The translations under genes were made by a program, and so were the position numbers. The notes under the pieces were generated by a model. It was not told the DNA's origin, ran no database searches, and was given only the letters and a program-made list of their open reading frames with translations. This document shows positions 1 through 12,639 of a stretch of DNA of 64,000 nucleotides, piece by piece (the first letter of the stretch is position 1; each line of letters begins with the position of its first letter). Source of the DNA: Eledone cirrhosa (taxonomy: Eukaryota); assembly GCA_964016885.1 (NCBI GenBank), contig OZ024744.1, forward strand, positions 128,278,001 to 128,342,000, given 5' to 3'.

Positions 1-3000
1 AGTTGGGGTTGAGTTAATTTGGGGTTAAGTTAAGTTGGGGTTAACTTAAGTTGGGGTTAAGTTAAGTTGGGGTTAAGTTAAGTTGGGGGTAAGTTAAGTT
101 GGGGGCAAGTTGAGTTGGGGTTAAGTTAAGTTGGTTTTAAGTTAAGTTGGGGCTAAGTTAAGTTGGGGCTAAGTTAAGTTGGGGCTGAGTTAAGTTGGGG
201 TTAAGTTAAGTTGGGGTTGAGTTAAGTTGGGGTTAACTTAAGTTGGGGTTAAGTTGGGGTTAAGTTAAGTTGGGGTTAAATTAAGTTGGGGGTTAGTTAA
301 GTTGGGGCAAGTTAAGTTGGGGTTAATTTAAGTTGGGGTTGAGTTAAGTTGGGGTTGAGTTAAGTTGGGGTTAAGTTAAGTTGGGGTTAAGTTAAGTTGG
401 GGTTAAGTTAAGTTGGGGGTAAGTTAAGTTGGGGGCAAGTTAAGTTGGGGTTAAGTTAAGTTGGGGTTAAGTTAAGTTGGGGTTAAGTTAAGTTGGGGTT
501 AAGTTAAGTTGGGGGTAAGTTAAGTTGGGGTTAAGTTAAGTTGGGGTTAAATTAAGTTGAGGTTAAGTTAATTTGGGGTTAAGTTAAGTTGGGGTTAAGT
601 TAAGTTGGAGTTAAGTTAAGTTGGGGTTAAGCTAAGTTGGGGTTAAGTTAATTTGCGGTTAAGTTAGGTTGTGGGTTAAGTTAAGTTGGGGTTAAGTTAA
701 GCTGGGGTTAAGTTAGGGTAAGTTAAGTTGGGGGTAAGTTAAGTTGGGGTTAAGTTAAGTTGGGGTTAAGTTAAGTTGGGGTTAAGTTAAGTTGGGGTTA
801 AGTTAAGTTGGGGTTGAGTTAAGTTGGGGTTGAGTTAAGTTGGGGTTAAGTTAAGTTGGGGTTAATTTCAGTTGGGGTTATTTTAAGTTGGGGTTAAGTT
901 AAGTTGGGGTTAAGTTAAAGTTGGGGTTAAGTTAAGTTGGGGTAAAGTTAAGTTAGGGTTAAGTTAAGTTGGGGTTAAGTTAAGTTGGGGTTAAATTAAG
1001 TTGGGGTTAAGTTAAGTTGGGGTTAAGTTAAGTTGGGGTTAAATTAAGTTGGGGTTCAGTTAAGTTGGGGTTAAATTAAGTTGGGGTTAAGTTAAGTTGG
1101 GGTTAATTTAAGTTGGGGTTAAGTTAAGTTGGCGTTAAGTTAAGTTGGAGTTAAGTCAAGTTGGGGTTAAGTCAAGTTGGGGTTAAGTCAAGTTGGGGTT
1201 AAGTCAAGTTGGGGTTAAGTTAAGTTGGGGTTAAGTTAAGTTGGGGTTAAGTTAAGTTGGGGGTAAGTTAAGTTGGGTGTAAGTTAAGTTGGGGTTAAGT
1301 TAAGTTGGGGTTCAGTTCAGTTGGGGTTAAGTTAAGTTGGGGTTAAGTTAAGTTGGAGTTAAGTTAAGTTGGAGTTAAGTTAAGTTGGGGTTAAGCTAAG
1401 TTGGGGTTCAGTTAAGTTGGGGTTAAGTTAGTTTGGGGCTGAGTTAAGTTGGGGTTAAGTTAAGATCGGGTTGAGTTAAGTTGGGGTTAAGTTAAGTTGG
1501 GGTTAAGTTAAGTTGGGGTTAAGTTAAGTTGGGGTTAAGATAAGTTGGGGTTAAGTTAAGTTGGGGTTAATTTACGTTGGGGTTGAGTTAATTTGGGTTT
1601 AAGTTAAGTTGGGCTTAACTTAAGTTGTGGTTAAGTTGGGGTTAAGTTAAGTTGGGGTTAAGTTAAGTTGGGGGTAAGTTAAGTTGGGGGCAAGTTAAGT
1701 TGGGGTTAATTTAAGTTGGGGTTAAGTTAAGTTGGGGTTATGTTAAGTTGGGGTTAAGTTAAGTTGGGGTTAAGTTAAGTTGGGGGTAAGAGAAGTTGGG
1801 GCTAAGTTAAGTTGGGGCTAAGTCAAGTTGGGGTTGAGTCAAGTTGAGGTTAACTTAAGTTGGGGTTAAGTTAAGTTGGGGTTAAGTTAAGTTGGGGTTA
1901 AGGTAAGTTGGGGTTAAGTTAAGTTGAGGGTAAGTTAAGGTGGGGTTCAGTTAAGTTGGGGTTAAATTAAGTTGGGGGTAAGTTAAGTTGGGGGTAAGTT
2001 AAGTTGGGGTTAAGTTAAGTTGGGGTTAAATTAAGTTGAGGTTAAGTTAAGTTGGGGTTAAGTTAAATTGGGGTTAATTTAAGTTGGGGGTAAGATAAGT
2101 TGGGGCTAAGTTAAGTTGGGGCTAAGTCAAGTTGGGGTTAAGTCAAGTTGAGGTTAACTTAAGTTGGGGTTATGTTAAGTTGGGGCTAAGTTAAGTTGGG
2201 GCTAAGTTAAGTTGGGGCTGAGTTAAGTTGGGGTTAAGTTAAGTTGGGGTTGAGTTAAGTTGGGGTTAAGTTAAGTTGGAATTAAGTTAAGTTGGGGTTA
2301 AGTTAAGTTCGGCTTGAGTTAAGTTGGGGTTAAGTTAAGTTGGGGTTAATTTAAGTTGGGGTTAAGTTAAGTTGGGGTTAAGATAAGTTGGGGTTAAGTT
2401 AAGTTGGGGTTAAGTTAATTGGGGTTGAGTTAATTTGGGGTTAAGTTAAGTTGGGGTTAACTTAAGTTGGGGTTAAGTTGGGGTTAAGTTAAGTTGGGGT
2501 TAAGTTAAGTTGGGGTTAAGTTAAGTTGGGGGTAGGTTAAGTTGGGGGCAAGTTAAGTTGGGGCTAAGTTAAGTTGGGGCTGAGTTAAGTTGGGGTTAAG
2601 TTAAGTTGGGGTTGAATTAAGTTGGGGTTATGTTAAGTTAGGGTTGAGTTAAGTTGGGGTTGAGTTAAGTTGGGGTTAAGTTAAGTTGGCGTTAAGTTAA
2701 GTTGGGGTTAAGCTAAGTTGGGGTTAAGTTAATTTGCGGTTAAGTTAGGTTGTGGGTTAAGTTAAGTTGGGGGTAAGTTAAGTTGGGGTTAAATTAAGTT
2801 GGGGTTAAGTTAAGTTGGGGTTAAGTTAAGTTGGGTTAAGTTAAGTTGGGGTTAAGTTAAGTTGGCGTTAAGTTAAGTTGGGGTAAAGTTAAGTTGGGTG
2901 TAAGTTAAGTTGGGGTTAAGTTAAGTTGTGGTTAAGTTCAGTTTGGGTTAAGTTAAGTTGGGGTTAAGTTAAGCTGGGGGTAAGTTAAGTTGGGTGTAAG

Positions 3001-6000
3001 TTAAGTCGGGGTTAAATTAAGTTGGGGTTAAGTTAAGTTGGGGTTATGTTAAGTTGGGGTTAAGTTAAGTTGGGGTTAAGTTAAGTTGGGGTTAAGTTAA
3101 GTTGGGGGTAAGTTAAGTTGGGGGCAAGTTAAGTTGGGGTTAAGTTAAGTTGGGGTTAAGTTAAGTTGGGGTTAAGTTAAGTTGGGGTTAAGTTAAGTTG
3201 GGGTTAAGTTAAGTTAGGGTTAATTTCAGTTGGGGTTATGTTATGTTGGGGTTAAGTTAAGTTGGGGTTAAGTTAAGTTGGGGTTAAGATAAGTTAGGGG
3301 TAAGTTAAGTTGGGGGCAAGTTAAGTTGGGGTTAATTTAAGTTGGGGTTAAGTTAAGTTGGGGTTATGTTAAGTTGTGGTTAAGTTAAGTTGGGGTTAAG
3401 TTAAGTTGGGGGTAACTTAAGTTGGGGTTAAGTTAAGTTGAGGGTAAGTTAAGTTGAGGGTAAGTTAAATTGAGGTTAAGTTAAGTTGGGGTTAAGTTAA
3501 GTTGGGGGTAAGTTAAGTTGGGGGTAAGTTAAGTTGGGGTTAAGTTAAGTTGGGGTTAAATTAAGTTGAGGTTAAGTTAATTTGGGGTTAAGTTAAGTTG
3601 GGGTTAAGTTAAGTTGGGGGTAAGATAAGTTGGGGCTAAGTTAAGTTGGGGCTAAGTCAAGTTGGGGTTAAGTCAAGTTGAGGTTAACTTAAGTTGGGGT
3701 TAAGTTAAGTTGGGGTTAAGTTAAGTTGGGGTTAAGGTAAGTTGGGGTTAAGTTAAGTTGGGGCTAAGTTAAGTTGGGGCTAAGTTAAGTTGGGGCTGAG
3801 TTAAGTTGGGGTTAAGTTGGGGTTAAGTTAAGTCGGGGTTAATTTAAGTTGGAGTTAATTTAAGTTGGGGTTAAGTTAAGTTGGGGTTAAGATAAGTTGG
3901 GGTTAAGTTAAGTTGGGGTTAAGTTAAGTTGGGGTTGAGTTAATTTGGGGTTAAGTTAAGTTGGGGTTAACTTAAGTTGGGGTTAAGTTAAGTTGGGGTT
4001 AAGTTAAGTTGGGGGTAAGTTAAGTTGGGGGCAAGTTGAGTTGGGGTTAAGTTAAGTTGGGTTTAAGTTAAGTTGGGGCTAAGTTAAGTTGGGGCTAAGT
4101 TAAGTTGGGGCTGAGTTAAGTTGGGGTTAAGTTAAGTTGGGGTTGAGTTAAGTTGGGGTTAACTTAAGTTGGGGTTAAGTTGGGGTTAAGTTAAGTTGGG
4201 GTTAAATTAAGTTGGGGGTTAGTTAAGTTGGGGCAAGTTAAGTTGGTGTTAATTTAAGTTGGGGTTGAGTTAAGTTGGGGTTGAGTTAAGTTGGGGTTAA
4301 GTTAAGTTGGGTGTAAGTTAAGTTGGGGTTAAGTTAAGTTGGGGTTAAGTTAAGTTGGGGTTAAGTTAAGTTGGGGGTAAATTAAGTTGGGGGCAAGTTA
4401 AGTTGGGGTTAAGTTAAGTTGGGGTTAAGTTAAGTTGGGGTTAAGTTAAGTTGGGGTTAAGTTAAGTTGGGGTTAAGTTAAGTTGGGGGTAAGTTAAGTT
4501 GGGGTTAAGTTAAGTTGGGCTTAAATTAAGTTGAGGTTAAGTTAATTTGGGGTTAAGTTAAGTTGGGGTTAAGTTAAGTTGGAGTTAAGTTAAGTTGGGG
4601 TTAAGCTAAGTTGGGGTTAAGTTAATTTGCGGTTAAGTTAGGTTGTGGGTTAAGTTAAGTTGGGGTTAAGTTAAGCTGGGGTTAAGTTAGGGTAAGTTAA
4701 GTTGGGGGTAAGTTAAGTTGGGGTTAGGTTAAGTTGGGGTTAAGTTAAGTTGGGGTTAAGTTAAGTTGGGGTTAAGTTAAGTTGGGGTTGAGTTAAGTTG
4801 GGGTTGAGTTAAGTTGGGGTTAAGTTAAGTTGGGGTTAAGTTAAGTTGGGGTTAAGTTAAGTTGGGGGTAAGTTAAGTTGGGGGCAAGTTAAGTTGGGGT
4901 TAAGTTAAGTTGGGGTTAAGTTAAGTTGGGGTTAAGTTAAGTTGGGGTTAAGTTAAGTTGGGGTTAAGTTAAGTTAGGGTTAATTTCAGTTGGGGTTATG
5001 TTAAGTTGGGGTTAAGTTAAGTTGGGGTTAAGTTAAAGTTGGAGTTAAGTTAAGTTGGGGTAAAGTTAAGTTAGGGTTAAGTTAAGTTGGGGTTAAGTTA
5101 AGTTGGGGTTAAATTAAGTTGGGGTTAAGTTAAGTTGGGGTTAAGTTAAGTTGGGGTTAAATTAAGTTGGGGTTCAGTTAAGTTGGGGTTAAATTAAGTT
5201 GGGGTTAAGTTAAGTTGGGGTTAATTTAAGTTGGGGTTAAGTTAAGTTGGGGTTAAGTTAAGTTGGAGTTAAGTCAAGTTGGGGTTAAGTCAAGTTGGGG
5301 TTAAGCCAAGTTGGGGTTAAGTCAAGTTGGGGTTAAGTTAAGTTGGGGTTAAGTTAAGTTGGGGTTAAGTTAAGTTGGGGGTAAGTTAAGTTGGGTATAA
5401 GTTAAGTTGGGGTTAAGTTAAGTTGGGGTTCAGTTCAGTTGGGGTTAAGTTAAGTTGGGGTTAAGTTAAGTTGGAGTTAAGTTAAGTTGGAGTTAAGTTA
5501 AGTTGGGGTTAAGCTAAGTTGGGGTTCAGTTAAGTTGGGGTTAAGTTAATTTGGGGCTGAGTTAAGTTGGGGTTAAGTTAAGATCGGGTTGAGTTAAGTT
5601 GGGGTTAAGTTAAGTTGGGGTTAAGTTAAGTTGGGGTTAAGTTAAGTTGGGGTTAAGATAAGTTGGGGTTAAGTTAAGTTGGGGTTAATTTACGTTGGGG
5701 TTGAGTTAATTTGGGTTTAAGTTAAGTTGGGCTTAACTTAAGTTGGGGTTAAGTTGGGGTTAAGTTAAGTTGGGGTTAAGTTACGTTGGGGGTAAGTTAA
5801 GTTGGGGGCAAGTTAAGTTGGGGTTAATTTAAGTTGGGGTTAAGTTAAGTTGGGGTTATGTTAAGTTGGGGGTAACTTAAGTTGGGGTTAAGTTAAGTTG
5901 AGGGTAAGTTAAGTTGAGGGTAAGTTAAATTGAGGTTAAGTTAAGTTGGGGTTAAGTTAAGTTGGGGGTAAGTTAAGTTGGGGTAAGTTAAGTTGGGGTT

Positions 6001-7700
6001 AAGTTAAGTTGGGGATAAATTAAGTTGAGGTTAAGTTAATTTGGGGTTAAGTTAAGTTGGGGTTAAGTTAAGTTGGGGGTAAGAGAAGTTGGGGCTAAGT
6101 TAAGTTGGGGCTAAGTCAAGTTGGGGTTAAGTCAAGTTGAGGTTAACTTAAGTTGGGGTTAAGTTAAGTTGGGGTTAAGTTAAGTTGGGGTTAAGGTAAG
6201 TTGGGGTTAAGTTAAGTTGAGGGTAAGTTAAGGTGGGGTTCAGTTAAGTTGGGGTTAAATTAAGTTGGGGGTAAGTTAAGTTGGGGGTAAGTTAAGTTGG
6301 GGTTAAGTTAAGTTGGGGTTAAGTTAAGTTGAGGTTAAGTTAAGTTGGGGTTAAGTTAAATTGGGGTTAATTTAAGTTGGGGGTAAGGTAAGTTGGGGCT
6401 AAGTTAAGTTGGGGCTAAGTCAAGTTGGGGTTAAGTCAAGTTGAGGTTAACTTAAGTTGGGGTTATGTTAAGTTGGGGCTAAGTTAAGTTGGGGCTAAGT
6501 TAAGTTGGGGCTGAGTTAAGTTGGGGTTAAGTTAAGTTGGGGTTGAGTTAAGTTGGGGTTAAGTTAAGTTGGAATTAAGTTAAGTTGGGGTTAAGTTAAG
6601 TTCGGCTTGAGTTAAGTTGGGGTTAAGTTAAGTTGGGGTTAATTTAAGTTGGGGTTAAGTTAAGTTGGGGTTAAGATAAGTTGGGGTTAAGTTAAGTTGG
6701 GGTTAAGTTAAGTTGGGGTTGAGTTAATTTGGGGTTAAGTTAAGTTGGGGTTAAGTTAAGTTGGGGTTAAGTTAAGTTGGGGGTAGGTTAAGTTGGGGGC
6801 AAGTTAAGTTGGGGCTAAGTTAAGTTGGGGCTGAGTTAAGTTGGGGTTAAGTTAAGTTGGGGTTGAATTAAGTTGGGGTTATGTTAAGTTAGGGTTGAGT
6901 TAAGTTGGGGTTGAGTTAAGTTGGGGTTAAGTTAAGTTGGCGTTAAGTTAAGTTGGGGTTAAGCTAAGTTGGGGTTAAGTTAATTTGCGGTTAAGTTAGG
7001 TTGTGGGTTAAGTTAAGTTGGGGGTAAGTTAAGTTGGGGGTAAGTTAAGTTGGGGTTAAATTAAGTTGGGGTTAAGTTAAGTTGGGGTTAAGTTAAGTTG
7101 GGTTAAGTTAAGTTGGGGTTAAGTTAAGTTGGCGTTAAGTTAAGTTGGGGTAAAGGTAAGTTGGGGTAAAGTTAAGTTGGGGTTAAGTTAAGTTGGGGTT
7201 AAGTTAAGTTGGGGTTAAGTTAAGTTGGGGTTAAGTCAAGTTGGGGTTAAGTCAAGTTGGGGTTAAGTCAAGTTGGGGTTAAGTTAAGTTGGGGTTAAGT
7301 TAAGTTGGGGGTAAGTTAAGTTGGGTGTAAGTTAAGTTGGGGTTAAGTTAAGTTGTGGTTAAGTTCAGTTTGGGTTAAGTTAAGTTGGGGTTAAGTTAAG
7401 CTGGGGGTAAGTTAAGTTGGGTGTAAGTTAAGTCGGGGTTAAATTAAGTTGGGGTTAAGTTAAGTTGGGGTTATGTTAAGTTGGGGTTAAGTTAAGTTGG
7501 GGTTAAGTTAAGTTGGGGTTAAGTTAAGTTGGGGGTAAGTTAAGTTGGGGGCAAGTTAAGTTGGGGTTAAGTTAATTTGGGGTTAAGTTAAGTTGGGGTT
7601 AAGTTAAGTTGGGGTTAAGTTAAGTTGGGGTTAAGTTAAGTTAGGGTTAATTTCAGTTGGGGTTATGTTAAGTTGGGGTTAAGTTAAGTTGGGGTTAAGT
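1..7700 (+). repeat. Higher-order duplication: ~1-3270 recopied at ~3927-7700
   Basis: Shared rare markers in the same order: CAAGTTGAG 106/4032 (offset 3926), ATTTGCGG 651/4625 (3974), GATC 1464/5582 (4118), GGAATT 2278/6571 (4293), AGTCGGGG ~3004/7431 (4427). Block boundaries are approximate. Confidence 0.85.
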
Positions 7701-10700
7701 TAAGTTGGGGTTAAGATAAGTTGGGGTTAAGTTAAGTTGGGGTTAAGTTAAGTTGGGGTTGAGTTAATTTGGGGTTAAGTTAAGTTGGGGTTAACTTAAG
7801 TTGGGGTTAAGTTGGGGTTAAGTTAAGTTGGGGTTAAGTTAAGTTGGGGTTAAGTTAAGTTGGGGGTAGGTTAAGTTGGGGGCAAGTTAAGTTGGGGTTA
7901 AGTTAAGTTGGGGTTAAGTTAAGTTGGGTTTCAGTTAAGTTGGGGCTAAGTTAAGTTGGGGCTAAGTTAAGTTGGGGCTTAGTTAAGTTGGGGTTAAGTT
8001 AAGTTGGGGTTGAATTAAGTTGGGGTTATGTTAAGTTAGGGTTGAGTTAAGTTGGGGTTGAGTTAAGTTGGGGTTAAGTTAAGTTGGCGTTAAGTTAAGT
8101 TGGGGTTAAGCTAAGTTGGGGTTAAGTTAATTTGCGGTTAAGTTAGGTTGTGGGTTAAGTTAAGTTGGGGTTAAGTTAAGCTGGGGTTAATTAGGGTAAG
8201 TTAAGTTGGGGGTAAGTTAAGTTGGGGTTAAGTTAAGTTGGGGTTAAGTTAAGTTGGGGTTAAGTTAAGTTGGGGTTAAGTTAAGTTGGGGTTGAGTTAA
8301 GTTGGGGTTGAGTTAAGTTGGGGTTAAGTTAAGTTGGGGTTAAGTTAAGTTGGGGTTAAGTTAAGTTGGGGTTAAGTTAAGTTGGGGGTAAGTTAAGTTG
8401 GGGGCAAGTTAAGTTGGGGTTAAGTTAAGTTGGGGTTAAGTTAAGTTGGGGTTAAGTTAAGTTGGGGTTAAGTTAAGTTGGGGTTAAGTTAAGTTAGGGT
8501 TAATTTCAGTTGGGGTTATGTTAAGTTGGGGTTAAGTTAAGTTGGGGTTAAGTTAAAGTTGGGGTTAAGTTAAGTTGGGGTAAAGTTAAGTTAGGGTTAA
8601 GTTAAGTTGGGGTTAAGTTAAGTTGGGGTTAAATTAAGTTGGGGTTAAGTTAAGTTGGGGTTAAGTTAAGTTGGGGTTAAATTGAGTTGGGGTTCAGTTA
8701 AGTTGGGGTTAAATTAAGTTGGGGTTAAGTTAAGTTGGGGTTAAGTTAAGTTGGGGTTAAGCTAAGTTGGGGGTAAGTTAAGTTGGGTGTAAGTTAAGTT
8801 GGGGTTAAGTTAAGTTGGGGTTCAGTTCAGTTGGGGTTAAGTTAAGTTGGGGTTAAGTTAAGTTGGAGTTAAGTTAAGTTGGAGTTAAGTTAAGTTGGGG
8901 TTAAGCTAAGTTGGGGTTCAGTTAAGTTGGGGTTAAGTTAATTTGGGGCTGAGTTAAGTTGGGGTTAAGTTAAGATCGGGTTGAGTTAAGTTGGGGTTAA
9001 GTTAAGTTGGGGTTAAGTTAAGTTGGGGTTAAGTTAAGTTGGGGTTAAGATAAGTTGGGGTTAAGTTAAGTTGGGGTTAATTTACGTTGGGGTTGAGTTA
9101 ATTTGGGTTTAAGTTAAGTTGGGCTTAACTTAAGTTGGGGTTAAGTTGGGGTTAAGTTGGGGTTAAGTTAAGTTGGGGTTAAGTTAAGTTGGGGGCAAGT
9201 TAAGTTGGGGTTAATTTAAGTTGGGGTTAAGTTAAGTTGGGGTTATGTTAAGTTGGGGTTAAGTTAAGTTGGGGTTAAGTTAAGTTGGGGGTAACTTAAG
9301 TTGGGGTTAAGTTAAGTTGAGGGTAAGTTAAGTTGAGGGTAAGTTAAATTGAGGTTAAGTTAAGTTGGGGTTAAGTTAAGTTGGGGGTAAGTTAAGTTGG
9401 GGGTAAGTTAAGTTGGGGTTAAATTAGGTTGGGGGTAAGATAAGTTGGGGCTAAGTTAAGTTGGGGCTAAGTCAAGTTGGGGTTAAGTCAAGTTGAGGTT
9501 AACTTAAGTTGGGGTTATGTTAAGTTGGGGCTAAGTTAAGTTGGGGCTAAGTTAAGTTGGGGCTGAGTTAAGTTGGGGTTAAGTTAAGTTGGGGTTAAAT
9601 TAAGTTGGGGGTAAGTTAAGTTGGGGGTAAGTTAAGTTGGGGTTAAGTTAAGTTGGGGTTAAATTAAGTTGAGGTTAAGTTAAGTTGGGGTTAAGTTAAA
9701 TTGGGGTTAATTTAAGTTGGGGGTAAGATAAGTTGGGGCTAAGTTAAGTTGGGGCTAAGTCAAGTTGGGGTTAAGTCAAGTTGAGGTTAACTTAAGTTGG
9801 GGTTATGTTAAGTTGGGGCTAAGTTAAGTTGGGGCTAAGTTAAGTTGGGGCTGAGTTAAGTTGGGGTTAAGTTAAGTTGGGGTTGAGTTAAGTTGGGGTT
9901 AAGTTAAGTTGGAATTAAGTTAAGTTGGGGTTAAGTTAAGTTCGGCTTGAGTTAAGTTGGGGTTAAGTTAAGTTGGGGTTAATTTAAGTTGGGGTTAAGT
10001 TAAGTTGGGGTTAAGATAAGTTGGGGTTAAGTTAAGTAGGGGTTAAGTTAAGTTGGGGTTGAGTTAATTTGGGGTTAAGTTAAGTTGGGGTTAACTTAAG
10101 TTGGGGTTAAGTTGGGGTTAAGTTAAGTTGGGGTTAAGTTAAGTTGGGGTTAAGTTAAGTTGGGGGTAGGTTAAGTTGGGGGCAAGTTAAGTTGGGGTTA
10201 AGTTAAGTTGGGGTTAAGTTAAGTTGGGTTTCAGTTAAGTTGGGGCTAAGTTAAGTTGGGGCTAAGTTAAGTTGGGGCTGAGTTAAGTTGGGGTTAAGTT
10301 AAGTTGGGGTTGAATTAAGTTGGGGTTATGTTAAGTTAGGGTTGAGTTAAGTTGGGGTTGAGTTAAGTTGGGGTTAAGTTAAGTTGGCGTTAAGTTAAGT
10401 TGGGGTTAAGCTAAGTTGGGGTTAAGTTAATTTGCGGTTAAGTTAGGTTGTGGGTTAAGTTAAGTTGGGGGTAAGTTAAGTTGGGGGTAAGTTAAGTTGG
10501 GGTTAAATTAAGTTGGGGTTAAGTTAAGTTGGGGTTAAGTTAAGTTGGGTTAAGTTAAGTTGGGGTTAAGTTGGCGTTAAGTTAAGTTGGGGTAAAGTTA
10601 AGTTGGGGTAAAGTTAAGTTGGGGTTAAGTTAAGTTGGGGTTAAGTTAAGTTGGGGTTAAGTTAAGTTGGGGTTAAGTCAAGTTGGGGTTAAGTCAAGTT

Positions 10701-12639
10701 GGGGTTAAGTCAAGTTGGGGTTAAGTTAAGTTGGGGTTAAGTTAAGTTGGGGGTAAGTTAAGTTGGGTGTAAGTTAAGTTGGGGTTAAGTTAAGTTGTGG
10801 TTAAGTTCAGTTTGGGTTGAGTTAAGTTGGGGTTAAGTTAAGCTGGGGGTAAGTTAAGTTGGGTGTAAGTTAAGTTGGGGTTAAATTAAGTTGGGGTTAA
10901 GTTAAGTTGGGGTTATGTTAAGTTGGGGTTAAGTTAAGTTGGAGTTAAGTTAAGTTGGGGTTAAGTTAAGTTGAGGTTAAGTTAAGTTGGAGTTAAGTTA
11001 AGTTGGGGTTAAGTTAAGTTGGAGTTAAGTTAAGTTGGGGTTAAGCTAAGTTGGGGTTAAGTTAATTTGCGGTTAAGTTAGGTTGTGGGTTAAGTTAAGT
11101 TGGGGTTAAGTTAAGCTGGGGTTAAGTTAGGGTAGGTTAAGTTGGGGGTAAGTTAAGTTGGGGTTAAGTTAAGTTGGGGTTAAGTTAAGTTGGGATTAAG
11201 TTAAGTTGGGGTTAAGTTAAGTTGGGGTTGAGTTAAGTTGGGGTTGAGTTAAGTTGGGGTTAAGTTAAGTTGGGGTTAAGTTAAGTTGGGGTTAAGTTAA
11301 GTTGGGGTTAAGTTAAGTTGGGGGTAAGTTAAGTTGGGGGCAAGTTAAGTTGGGGTTAAGTTAAGTTGGGGTTAAGTTAAGTTGGGGTTAAGTTAAGTTG
11401 GGGTTAAGTTAAGTTGGGGTGAAGTTAAGTTAGGGTTAATTTCAGTTGGGGTTATGTTAAGTTGGGGTTAAGTTAAAGTTGGGGTTAAGTTAAGTTGGGG
11501 TAAAGTTAAGTTAGGGTTAAGTTAAGTTGGGGTTAAGTTAAGTTGGGGTTAATTTAAGTTGGGGTTAAGTTAAGTTGGGGTTAAATTACGTTGGGGTTCA
11601 GTTAAGTTGGGGTTAAATTAAGTTGGGGTTAAGTTAAGTTGGGGTTAGTTAAGTTGGGGTTAAGTTAAGTTGGGGTTAAGTTAAGTTGGGGTTAAGTTAA
11701 GTTGGGGTTAAGTTAAGTTGGCGTTAAGTTAAGTTGGGGTTATGTTAAGTTGGGGTTAAATTAAGTTGGGGTTAAGTTAAGTTGGGGTTAATTTAAGTTG
11801 GGGTTAAGTTAAGTTGGGGTTAAGTTAAGTTGGAGTTAAGTCAAGTTGGGGTTAAGTCAAGTTGGGGTTAAGTCAAGTTGGGGTTAAGTTAAGTTGGGGT
11901 TAAGTTAAGTTGGGGTTAAGTTAAGTTGGGGGTAAGTTAAGTTGGGTGTAAGTTAAGTTGGGGTTAAGTTAAGTTGGGGTTAAGTTAAGTTGGGGTTAAG
12001 TTAAGTTGGAGTTAAGTTAAGTTGGAGTTAAGTTAAGTTGGGGTTAAGCTAAGTTGGGGTTCAGTTAAGTTGGGGTTAAGTTAATTTGGGGCTGAGTTAA
12101 GTTGGGGTTAAGTTAAGATCGGGTTGAGTTAAGTTGGGGTTAAGTTAAGTTGGGGTTAAGTTAAGTTGGGGTTAAGTTAAGTTGGGGTTAAGATAAGTTG
12201 GGGTTAAGTTAAGTTGGGGTTAATTTACGTTGGGGTTGAGTTAATTTGGGTTTAAGTTAAGTTGGGCTTAACTTAAGTTGGGGTTAATTTGGGGTTAAGT
12301 TAAGTTGGGGTTAAGTTAAGTTGGGGGTAAGTTAAGTTGGGGGCAAGTTAAGTTGGGGTTAATTTAAGTTGGGGTTAAGTTAAGTTGGGGTTATGTTAAG
12401 TTGGGGTTAAGTTAAGTTGGGGTTAAGTTAAGTTGGGGGTAACTTAAGTTGGGGTTAAGTTAAGTTGAGGGTAAGTTAAGTTGAGGGTAAGTTAAATTGA
12501 GGTTAAGTTAAGTTGGGGTTAAGTTAAGTTGGGGGTAAGTTAAGTTGGGGGTAAGTTAAGTTGGGGTTAAGTTAAGTTGGGGTTAAATTAAGTTGAGGTT
12601 AAGTTAATTTGGGGTTAAGTTAAGTTGGGGTTAAGTTAA

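Noticed and set aside
713-718. Canonical TTAGGG telomere repeat
   Set aside because: Occurs only as isolated single copies explained by a G>A change of TTGGGG; never in tandem.
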